Assembly: GCF_006345805.1 (NCBI RefSeq)
Contig: NW_021824833.1
Location: 1,902 to 65,901 of the forward strand
Reading direction: 5' to 3'
DNA length: 64,000 bases
Source: Octopus sinensis
Lineage: Eukaryota
Every line of letters starts with the position of its first letter. Position 1 is the first letter of the stretch. Of the stretch, positions 14,520 through 25,244 are shown piece by piece. The notes beneath the pieces are model-generated. The model worked only from the letters and a program-made list of their open reading frames with translations. It had not been told where the DNA came from and did no database searches. Both the position numbers and the translations under genes were made by a program.

Positions 14520-14684
14520 TTTTCTACTCTAGGCACAAGGACCGAAATTTGTGGGAAGGAGGGCCAGTCGATTAGATCGACGTCAGTACGCAACTGGTAC
14601 TTAATTTATCAACCCTGAAAGGATAAAAAGCAAAGTCGACCTCTGCGGAATTTGAACTCAGAACGTAAAGACAGACAAAATACC
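14520..14684 (-). mobile_element. SINE family 2A, 3' part, broken at the Tx1 target site
   Basis: Tail ggcacaagg..cgaaattt and body ...aaagtcgacctc.gcggaatttgaactcagaacg. It ends at cagacaaaatacc. Confidence 0.8.
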
Positions 14685-14874
14685 TATTTCTATTTCTTTA
14701 CTACCCACAAGGGGCTAAGCACAGAGAGGACAAACAAGGATAGACAAACGGATTAAGTCGATTATATCGACCCCAGTTTGCAACTGGTACTTAATTTATC
14801 AACCCCGAAAGGACGAAAAGCAAAGTCGACCTCGGCGGAATTTGAACTCAGAACGTAACGGCAGACGAAATACC
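14685..14874 (-). mobile_element. SINE family 2B unit 1 (Tx1-like 3' tail, ends at the target site)
   Basis: Starts tatttc-tatttctttactacccacaaggggctaa and ends cagacgaaatacc; 190 bp. Confidence 0.85.
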
Positions 14875-15057
14875 TTTTTTTTACTACCCACAAGGGGCTA
14901 AACACAGAGAGGACAAACAAGAACAGACAGACGGATTAAGCCGATTATATCAACCCCAGTGCGTAACTGGTACTTATTTAATCCACCCTGAAAGGATGAC
15001 AGGCAAAGTCGACCTCCGCAGAATTTGATCTCAGAACTTAACGTCAAACGAAATACC
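14875..15057 (-). mobile_element. SINE family 2B unit 2
   Basis: Tandem copy of unit 1, ending caaacgaaatacc; 183 bp. Confidence 0.85.
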
Positions 15058-15305
15058 AATTTCTTTATTGCCCACCGGGGGCCAAACATAGATATGGACA
15101 GTACAACTGATGGGATCAGTGAATCGATATGATTTTACATAAATGTGACATCAAAAATAAAATACAATACATAAAAATCGAATGGAATACACAGTACAAA
15201 AACAATACAAATGAAGCGATGATCAAGTTACGCTCCGATCCCACAAGCCCCGATCTACCGCTGATACCTTTTTATTTTTCCTTTTTTTTTTTTTTCCTCG
15301 TCTAT

Positions 15306-18300
15306 TCACACGGTTCCTTGCACGCACAACACTCGTGCAACATACTTCCATCTCTTTTGGAACGTACACTCTGACAGACACCTCTTCTCCAGCCACAGTT
15401 TCCTTTTCAAATGAAAAGAAAAAAAGGATCGTAATTGTCACCAGAGATAAAGTTGCCTGTCTTAATTCCTTTTATCCTAGTATTCCATACAGCCTCTTTT
15501 GCTATTGCTACAACCGTGAGAAAACAATTCTTACCTTCGTTCGTTAGAACTCCCGGTGGGTCAATTTTTATAATTGACTCAGTCGACAGCCGTACTCTTC
15601 CTTCGCCGGACAACAGATGTTCAGCATAAGCCCACATTTCAGTTATCTCCGACACTGAACAATAGCGTGAGGGACGGTTTCCCTGTCCCCACCGCATCTT
15701 GGACAGGTCGGCGACTGACGTTTACCATGTCTTGCGAGCTTATCCCAAACGGGCAAGGCACCTCTGTAGCATTGCCAGGTTAAGGACTTTTGGAAGTTGT
15801 CCAACGTTCTCAACCCGAATGTACGATGAAACAAGCTGTCCAGTTGAATAAATCCGAGACCTAGAGTCGACCCCAGGCCATCGTCGCATTCAGACTCTAC
15901 CAACCACTATATAAAATCCGTGTGGAACCCCCACCGCTGGCGTTGCCCGAGCGCCGGAACAGCAAGAGGGCCTTACGGCACTCTTATGCCACTCACTCGA
16001 CCTCGGTCTACGAGAACACCAGGCTTCCTGTTCGCAAAAACTCTTGAACTCAGGGAACATTTGTCTGGCCAGCGGAGACCACACCCGTTCACTATCCAGG
16101 AGAATCCAGAGGTGCCTCAACCTCAACGCATGTCTGCGCATCATTAACCAAGGCATCCCTAAACCTCCATTTAAAGGCTTTTGACAGCAGACAGAGCGTT
16201 TCACAAGTGGCGACCTGCCCTTCCACAAAAAGCGAAAGAGCTGTCTCTCCAACCTGATCAACCACGAATCCGGACAGGGCACGACAGTCAGGCGGTAGGT
16301 AATGACCGATGCGATAAACACATTGGCCACTTCCGCCCTCCCTTTCAGGGATAGCCACCGCCAAGACCAAGTCTTGACTACTGCAGCCACCCTGCTCAAT
16401 ACCTCCGTCCAGTTCTTCTCTATCTGGAGGCCTGGTCCAAACCAGACTCCCAGCAACTTAACCGGTCCCTCCGTCCAGCGCCTAACAACACTGTCTGAAG
16501 GCATCGACTTGCCAACCCAGGTGCCGAGCTGCAAGCCGACCGACTTTTCCCGGTTAATCTTTGCTCCTGCTACCTCCTCGTAAGCCTCAATAGTCTTACC
16601 TACTTCACGTAGGCGTACCACTGTGGTTACACTGATAGTGATATCATCCGCGAAAGCCGTAACAAACTCCTCTAGTCCTGGTTCTCTCGGGATGCCACTC
16701 AACCTTTGCAGTAATGGCTCGAGAGCCATCACATACAAAAGTGGTGAAAGCGGACATCCTTGACGAACCGAGCGTCTGATGCAGAACGGCTTCGAAAGGA
16801 AACCGTTCACCCGAACTATCGAGTCAATGTTGTGGTACAAAGCGATAAACCACCTGAGGAAGCCAAGGCCCAGGCCAAACCGCGCAAGTACAGTCGCTAG
16901 GTATCGATGGTCAACCCTATCAAAAGCTTTAGACTGGTCCAAATGCACCAATGCCCCACCTTTGCCAGATTTATTACCAAACCTCTCTATGGTATAGCGA
17001 ATAAGATGGAGGGTATCCTGAATGGTTCTGCCTGGGATGGCACATGTCTGTGCCTCCCCGACTATACCATTCGCGACACGCGCCAACCTTTTTGCTAGAA
17101 CCTTGGCCAAAATCTTCACTTCTGCGTTTAACAGAGTGATGGGCCTGAAATTCTCTAGAACGTCCCCCTTGTCCGGGTCCTTTCTGACCAACGTCACTAC
17201 TCCCCGGCGCACAGATCTGGGGATAAACCCATTCTGTTTCCAGTTCGCGTACACGTCAGTCAGTAGTTGCCCGAACAAGTCTGGCATACATTTATACAGC
17301 TCGTACGGAAGACCATCAAGTCCCGGTGACTTACCCGCTTTACAATCGGCCAAAGCCTCCATCACCTCCTCAAGTGTGATTGGCCCTTCGCAAGACTCCG
17401 CATCCGACCCCGAGAGGCACGGCAGCCCGGTAAGAAAGTCCTCGAGGGCTCTCCCACCACCAGGACCGCCGTCACCCCCGAACAGCTGGGCGAAGTACTC
17501 CCGAAAGACCTCACACATTTTCTCGGGTTCGTTTATCAAGACACCATTTTGATTCGTCAAAGACCGAATAGAGGAACTATTTCCTTGCCGAGCTTCCACC
17601 ACTCGGGCCCATCCAGCGGCTTTGATTCCTTCACTTCCCATTGCACGTAACTTAGCTCTGGTAATACTTCCCATGTGGTGGGCTTCAAGATGCTGGTTTA
17701 ACTCCAGTCTTTTCACCCTCGCTTGGTCTGTATTACCAGTCCTCCAGGCTTCTTCTAGTTCCTTAACTAGACCATCTCCTATTTTACGTCCCTTCTTAGC
17801 TAAACTTATGCTAAACCTAATAGACTCATATTTGATGGCTCTTTTTAGGGCGTACCACCATTTGTTATTAATGATGGTACCTGTTAATGCCCTCTGTATT
17901 AACATCTTGATCCGCTTTCTGTACTCCTCAATCGCCAAAAGGGACGTATTGAGTTTCCAGTAGCCAGATCCCTGTCTATGCAACTTATCTACCGTCAGTT
18001 TACAGGTAACCATCTTGTGGTCACTGTAGCTGACTAGAAAAAACTGTGGACACTCAACTATGGACTTATCTTTTTCTCTAATTAAAATCCTATCTAGATA
18101 TGTTCTGGTAGACCCGTCACTATTTGACCACGTCCACTGTGGAGTGTTCGGGTGCTCCAACCTATATGGATCTGCTAGCTGAAATTGACTTAGCAGATCC
18201 CGAAAGCCTGTGTTACATTTTCTGTTCATGTTCGAGTTTGAGCCAACACAATCTGTGTGTGCTGCACATATTGTATTAGAGTCTCCTAACACTACTAGTG

Positions 18301-18703
18301 AATGCGACGTGGCTAGGAACTTTCCTAGGCCACGAAAATATTCAGTTTGCGGGCCAATAATGTTTGGTGCATAAATAGCGACCAGCCTGATTGTCTTGCC
18401 ACAACTGAATGTCAAGTCGAGAACGACCAGCCTGCCTTCTGGGTCAGAAAAAACCAACTTTTTCTCGGCTACCCGGTTTCTTTTTAGTAGGACCAACACC
18501 CCACCCCCACCTCCCGCCCGACTCGGAGAAACGTATTTCTCGTAGCCGTTCAGGAGGGGGAGCAGATCTCTTGGCCCCTTCACCCGGGTTTCCGTTGCAA
18601 CAATTACATCCAAATTTCTCGACCTGATGTCATTCAGAAAGCGTCCTTGCTTCCAGCTTGACAACAGGCCATGAACATTTAAACAACCAATGTGAATAGC
18701 CAT
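15306..18703 (-). CDS. LINE ORF2: APE endonuclease + reverse transcriptase + C-terminal zf-RVT (frameshifted near the C-terminus)
   Basis: The 938-aa ORF has EN motifs CLNVHG, ATET, YAP, LGDSN, LDR, SDH and RT motifs NFRPITLLN, LDQSKAFDRV, RQGCPLSP, FADD. CPRC...ETVPHAIVQC lies in ORF 15643-15903. The final frame ends ...RWKYVARVLCVQGTV* at 15306. Confidence 0.92.
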
Positions 18704-18714
18704 CACTTACCTGT

Positions 18715-20246
18715 TTAATTAGGATTGTCCGGTGGAGGGGGACCCTCCACCTTTTTTTTATCCAGGGTCGGAGGTGGACGGTCTTGGGAAATAGATTTGT
18801 CAAAATCCCGTTCTCACCACCGACACAGAATTATCAGGTGGAGGGGGAATCTCCACCTTTTCCTTTTCTCGCGGGATCGGAGCTGGTAATCCATGAAATA
18901 TCGACTTGTTAAAATCTAATCTCAATGAAGATACAGTCTTTCTGTACTTATTTTGTAGAATTCTATAAGTCTTATTTGAGACTTCATATATGTCGTAATT
19001 GATAAATTCCTCTGAAAGGTTATCAATTTTTTTTAGTCTTTATGAGTTGAATGTCTCTCATGAGCTCAGTATCTTTAGTGTATACGGCTATTATGCCTTT
19101 TTCTTCTTTTCTCTCTTCTGGCAGTCTTTTTTGGTCGTTGTTCTGTAGTAGTCGCCGCTCTCGGCTGGGTTGCTGGTTGTATTTTTCTTTTGTTTGTTGT
19201 TTTTTTCTCATCTGTTTCTTCTTTATCTTCTTCCTCTTTGTCTTTTTTCTCCTCTTCCTCCTCTTCTTCATTTTCCTTGCAGTTCCTTCGAATGTGGCCT
19301 AATTGACCACATAAAAAACATCGAGGTTTTCGGCCCTCAACAAACACCACGAGGTTCTCCTCCCCTACCTCAATTGTCTCAGGAATTGTTTGAATTATTT
19401 TAGGGTCCGCTTGAATGAGAAGATTAATTGTTTTACCATCCCAGCGTGGGTTTTCCGTAGCGGTAGCCTGGAGGAGAGTAATTTTTTCTACCTCTTGATT
19501 ATTAGGACTGCCGCCAACAACCACATAGGTTCGACCTCTGGCGGGACCCTTGTAATTTTTATTCGCGACGTCCTCATCCCCATATAATAGGGTATTAACT
19601 CCACGTCGTTCGTTTTCAACGTTTCCACTGAGTTCTTGTGTGCTATTTCTTTATTGGTGAACCTTACTTCCACCGTTCCGAATTTTTTTCCTCTTCTCAG
19701 AAATTCTACGTCGCCCAATATTGGCTTTAAGCACTTTTCTATTTTCTCTTCTGACATTCTTTCAATTTTTCTATTTTGTAGACAATATGTTTTGAAAATT
19801 ATTGTTTTTTGCTTTTCTTCCTGTAATAACTTTTGCGGAGGTTCAATTTTCACACTGTTGTCATTTATTTCCATCATTTTGCTGTATTTCATAATTTCGC
19901 TTTTATTCGTCGACAGTATCTGGGTTCCACCCCCAGCAGCCAACGCAAAACTTTTTTTTCCATTTTTTGGTTCTATCTGGATGCTAGGCACATCAATTAT
20001 TCTCTTCGACACAATGCCTTTGTTCTCTGGCAAAGTCGGAAACTCTTCTGGTGAAAGTTCTGACGAGCTCTCAGACACATCTCCAAAAATATCAAATATA
20101 TTATCCTCTCTGCTATTCCTTCTTGTAGCGGGGGAAACCCCTATTTCCTTGTCTGTAGTTGGCTCCTCGCCGGACATGTATTTCCTCCTCTCAACAGGAG
20201 AAACAAGTATTTCTGCTCCAACGGTAGGCTCCATGCTAGACGACAT
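18715..20246 (-). CDS. LINE ORF1 (gag-like, CCHC zinc knuckle), about four frameshifts as assembled
   Basis: ORF pieces 19488-20273, 19075-19524 (CFLCGQLGHIRRNC = CX2CX4HX4C) and 19023-19271. Manual extension reaches ...KKKVEGPPPPDNPN* (TAA 18717-18715). Confidence 0.8.
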
Positions 20247-20413
20247 TCTTCCCCCCAAAGGGGGAATGAACAACGCGTGCTACCACAAGCACTAAGTGTT
20301 TTCAATTGAAAACTCCAACAGTTAAGTTATTCAACAGTTTAACAAGAAACAACAGTTGTTAACAATATTAACACCACGAAACAGCAATTCTTACTTCACG
20401 AACACATGTGCGA

Positions 20414-20472
20414 CAGACGAAATACCGCTAAGCATTTCGCCCGGCGTGCTAACGTTTCTGCCAGCTCGCCGC
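20414..20472 (-). mobile_element. Remaining tRNA-like head of the SINE interrupted by the 14685-20413 insertions
   Basis: cagacgaaatacc-gctaagcatttcgcccggcgtgctaacgtttctgccagctcgcc continues the SINE consensus. Confidence 0.85.
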
Positions 20473-20486
20473 CTTTCTAATATTCT

Positions 20487-21140
20487 TTTCTACTCGTGGC
20501 ACAAAGTCCGAAATTTTGGGGGAGGGGGCCAGTCTATTAGATCGACCCCAGTACGCAACTGAAAGGATAAAAATCAAAGTCGACCTCGGCGGAATTTGAA
20601 CTCAGAACATAAAGACAGGCAAAATACCGCTAAGCATTTTACTCGCCGTGCTAACGATGCCAGCTCGCCGTGTTACACATTTTATTATTAACGTATTCCA
20701 AAGGCGGCGATCTGGCAAAATCGTTAGCACAGCGGGTGAAATGCTTTGCGCTATTTCGTCTGTCTTTACGTTCTGAGTTCAAATTCCGGCGAGGTCGACT
20801 TTGCCTTTCATCCTTTCAGGGTCGATAAATTAAGTACCAGTAAAAAAAACTGGGGTCAATGTAATCGACTAGTCCCCTCCCCACAAATTTCAGGCCTTGT
20901 GCCTTTAATAGAAAGGATTATTATAACGAGCTGGCAGAGTCGTTAGAGCGCTGGACAGCGCTGGACGAAACAATTAGCGGTATTTCGCCCGTCGCTACGT
21001 TCTGAGTTCAAATTCCGCTGAGGTCAACTTTGCCTTTCATCCTTTCGGGGTCTATAAAATAAGTACTAGTTGCACAGTAGGGTCGATTAATCGACTCATC
21101 CCCTCCCCTGAAATTGCTGCTCTTGCGGCAAAATTCGAGA
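20487..21140. mobile_element. Cluster of three SINE family 2A copies (- 20487-20671; + 20700-20910; + 20925-21140)
   Basis: Head ggcgagctggcag..cgttag (A-box-like), gagttcaaattcc (B-box) and central gcctttcatcctttcggggtcgataaa..agtacc. Confidence 0.8.
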
Positions 21141-21159
21141 CTATTATTATTGTTGTTGC

Positions 21160-22462
21160 TACTGCTGCTGTCGTTGATATGTTTTCCTTCGTTTACAATC
21201 TTGCTTTACCATTTTGTCCATTTTGGTACTTCTGCATCTCCTTCTACAATCTTTTTGTTCTGTCAGTAATATATCGTTCTCATTAAGAAATTTGTACAGT
21301 TCTTCTGCAATTCCTCCTGACAGTAACTTCCACATTAATGAGCGGCAAGAAATTGGCCTGTAATTGTCGGCAGCCTTTCCTTCAGATACGACACCGTTCG
21401 TCCTTTTGTCAATCAACCCAGGGTTTCTTCTCTATCGATCAGTGCATTAAATTGCTCTGCGATCAATTTATGGCACCTACTAAACTTTTATTCTTTTATC
21501 CAAAATCCCTGTATACCATCAGGTCCTGCTGCTTTCCAATTGCTTATCTTTTTACTCATATTTCTGATATTCTCTTTTGTGAAATGGATAGCCTCTTGCT
21601 GGGAATAAGAAGCCGTTTGATTCAGGCTGCAGAAACCATTCAGCTGCAGTATTATGTTGTTCTTGCTTACTCCATATCTTACTCCAAAACTATTGACTTT
21701 CATCAGCATTAGGAACAAATCTTTTACATTCTATATCATCTTTAATTTCTTGATGACACCTTTTCTAGTCGATTCTAAACAATTGGCTTTGTCGGTATTG
21801 TTTAATACGTTGTTCAAACCCAGTTAGCTTTGCTTTTTTGGCAAGTATGCGCTGCTTCAGTTCTTCCACTATAACAATCAGACTTTTTGTATCTATACCA
21901 TACTTCTTCAATTTTTCAAACTTGCATTCATTCATCAATTTTCCATTTCTTTTCTTGATAAGTATTGACACTACACTGCTCAAGGAGTTTATATCTTCTG
22001 ATATTCTCCTTTTCCACCATGTTTGTTTATTTCCTCTCCTATCCTTCGATGTTCTGTTCTCAATAGTTCCCAATCCCATCCTTTCTGCCACAATCCTATT
22101 TGCAGCCTTAATGAGTTTATTTGTTTGTGTGATGTTCTTTGTTTTCACGTGTCTCAATACATTATAGACTCTACTTGTCTCTTGATTTAGTCGCCATTGG
22201 TTAGCACATACAGTCGCACATAAATTCTGTCTTTTCTGCATTTAATAGATCCAAAATCTTAGTCATTGTTTGGTCTTCATTGTTTAAATAGTCACTGATC
22301 TCGATTCTTTCACGATTCACGATAATATATTCTTGCGAACGACTGTCCCTCCCTCCCACTATAACACTTTCGTTTCTCGTATGCCCAGTATCAACTGATA
22401 TCCTTCTTTTAATAGTTTCTAGCTTCAATTCTGTTAACCATCCGTTCTTTCGTATTGCTCAT
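21160..22462 (-). mobile_element. Degraded R4/Dong-like non-LTR retrotransposon, N-terminal RT region
   Basis: ORFs 21765-22241, 21488-21718 (NWKAAGPDGIQGFWIK) and 21159-21416 (NYRPISC..MWKLLSG...EQKDC). Confidence 0.75.
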
Positions 22463-22655
22463 GGCGGCAAACTAGCAGAGTCGTAAGCACGCCGGACAAC
22501 GCATATTTCTTCCGGCTTTACGTTCTGAGTTAAAATTTCGCCGAGGTGACTTTGTCTTTCATCCTTTCGGGGTCGATAAAATAACCAGCTTAGCAATGGG
22601 GTCAATGTAATCGACTAGTCCCAAAGTTTCAGGCCCTGTGCTTCTAGTAGAAAGG
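22463..22655 (+). mobile_element. SINE family 2A
   Basis: Same head, body and tail as the other 2A copies. Confidence 0.75.
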
Positions 22656-23036
22656 TTTATTAATACAGTTATTTTTAGGACGGCAACGCCCGGTCTTGTA
22701 TGAATGTATGAATAAACCTTTGATGAGATACCGTATATTGAAACAGATGTTGCTGTATTTTTGAGACATTCGATATTTGTTTACAGATACACACGTTACA
22801 GGAACGCAGTCCCCACTGTCGCCCTTTTTTGTTGATTTGTCAACGTCTTTCATCCGACATATCTCTCATCATCAACGTGTCGTCTGTTCCTACTCACCGA
22901 GAACTTATTGACAATGTTTCATTCTCAGAATAGACATTTTGACAAGTCATTCAATTCACGAAGGGAAAAGCAGCCATTATTGATAGAAAAATATTCATAA
23001 ATGACAACTGTGTGGGGGTGGTCAGTGTGCGTATAT

Positions 23037-23113
<77 letters not shown>

Positions 23114-23195
23114 TGTGTGTATAGAGAGATATATATATTAGATAGAGGAATAGATATATGTATGTTTATATATATATATATATATGTATGTTATA

Positions 23196-23237
<42 letters not shown>

Positions 23238-23262
23238 TATATATATGTGTGTGTGTGTATAC

Positions 23263-23319
<57 letters not shown>

Positions 23320-23425
23320 TATATGTGTGTGTGTGTATACATATATATATATATATAGACAGATAGGTAGATATATATATATACATACATGCATACGTAC
23401 ATATATACCTACACACACACACATA

Positions 23426-23493
<68 letters not shown>

Positions 23494-23911
23494 GTTTTAG
23501 CAATTTTGTGGATACTGTAGCATTTTCTTTCACCTCTCCCCTCATTACTGATTTCAAATATTTTTCGCCACTTTTGTCGGAATTCTAGTTCAAATTTGTT
23601 CCTCCCTGTTTAACAAACGTAAACCTAGAAACCATTCTTCTAACTCCAGCTCGCTTTTCTTACACACTTGCATGCACATTTCTAACACCTTCCACCTTGC
23701 ACTTACGTGCATCATCACACACTCACACATGCCGCCCACCCCTTTCTCACCTGCACTCTTTCACACTACGCACTCACCCCGTTTATACCCAGTTACAGAT
23801 GCACTCTCATACGTGCATCTACACACCCATCCCGTCTATCCGTATTAACTGTTCCCATATGACTGCATTCCTGCCTGTCCAATTTCATCTTTTTGTTTGC
23901 CCTCTGCATCT

Positions 23912-23948
<37 letters not shown>

Positions 23949-24188
23949 ATATTTAATTCTTATGCTTTCCTTAAAACTTGATTTCGAAACGTACGTCCGT
24001 GGATAACTAAAAAAATGTATGATAGATTGCAGTCAATTCATTCTCTCTTACCTGTTTGTGTCTGCCTTCCAAATGCTGTTTTTACTGAGATCTCCCTTTT
24101 TAGTAGAAGAAATAGCTATAACCCTTTGACTGCTATTTCTAAATTCGGTATGTGGTAAGGCAACTCGTTGCTAAACCCTTATTGCTTA

Positions 24189-24239
<51 letters not shown>

Positions 24240-24977
24240 CATAAACATATACATATGTATGTATGTATGTATGTATGAATGTATGAGTGTATGTATGTAT
24301 GCATGTATGTATGTATGTATGTATGTATGTATGTATGTATGTATGTATGTATGAATGTATCTATGCATACATACCACCTAGATCTGCACCCGCGGTCGGC
24401 TTCACACACACACACATTTTTTATCTTTTACATATGCATGTATGTATGTATGGATGGATGGGTGGATGGATGGATGAACGGATGGATGGTTGTGTGCATG
24501 TATGTATGTATGTATGTATGTATGTATGTATTGTATGTATGTATGCCTGCATGTATGTATATATGTATGTATGTGTGCATGTATACATATCTCTCGAAGT
24601 TCCTAAAAATATAAAGAATTCTGTAAACAACACATATCTACATACGTACATACACAAACACACACGCGCGTGCACTCACACACACACACACACACACACC
24701 ACACACACACACACACATACACACGCATACATACATAATACATGCAGATAGATACGCTATTTTATTTGAGTTTGCCCTCCAAATACATAAGTTTTTATAC
24801 TTTTATTTCTTGGTTTTGAGACTTCGGCTATGCTGTAGCTCTGTTTCTTCCCTTTCTAAACATTGCGATATATGTAAATAACAAAACTACATATATTCAA
24901 TGAAACTCTGTTATCCATTTTGTTTGTTCTTTCTCATATGCATATATATATACATCCATACATCCATACATACATAC

Positions 24978-25030
<53 letters not shown>

Positions 25031-25039
25031 ATGTATGAT

Positions 25040-25236
25040 AAATCGTTTGCCATTACACACATTTTTTTCTCTCCTTGTTTTTTCTGTGTCCTTTTCTGTA
25101 GAAGAGCGTACGTAGGCTCGAAACGTAAAATACTTTTTCTATTCTTGAGCGTTATACTAATACATCGGTTTGTTTTGTACACCAACAGTCTTCGTCTTTT
25201 GTTTTTTGTTTTTTCGTAAACTCTCCCTATATATAT
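25040..25236 (+). mobile_element. Penelope-like pseudo-LTR fragment with a degenerate minimal hammerhead (CTGTAGA..GAGC/GCTC..GAAACGTA)
   Basis: Similar to the 3' part of the GIY-YIG element at 42340-42500. Confidence 0.55.
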
Positions 25237-25244
25237 AACGACAC

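Larger units (their letters stand above)
15058..20413 (-). mobile_element. Full-length Tx1-clade (L1 group) LINE with ORF1, ORF2 and a 13-bp target site duplication (TSD)
   Basis: 5' UTR, zinc-knuckle ORF1, APE-RT-zf ORF2 and a 3' UTR with AATAAA. TSD: caaacgaaatacc (15045-15057) / cagacgaaatacc (20414-20426). Confidence 0.92.

Noticed and set aside
14520-15057. CRISPR-like repeat/spacer array
   Set aside because: Units are ~185-bp SINE bodies with no unique spacers or cas genes, in a eukaryotic context.
18731-18759. Rho-independent terminator (hairpin plus T-run)
   Set aside because: This is a bacterial feature; here the sequence is eukaryotic LINE coding DNA. Kept only as a structural note.
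20427-21010. tRNA genes
   Set aside because: A/B boxes are present, but each runs into a SINE body and tail and no complete cloverleaf could be drawn; these are tRNA-derived SINE heads.
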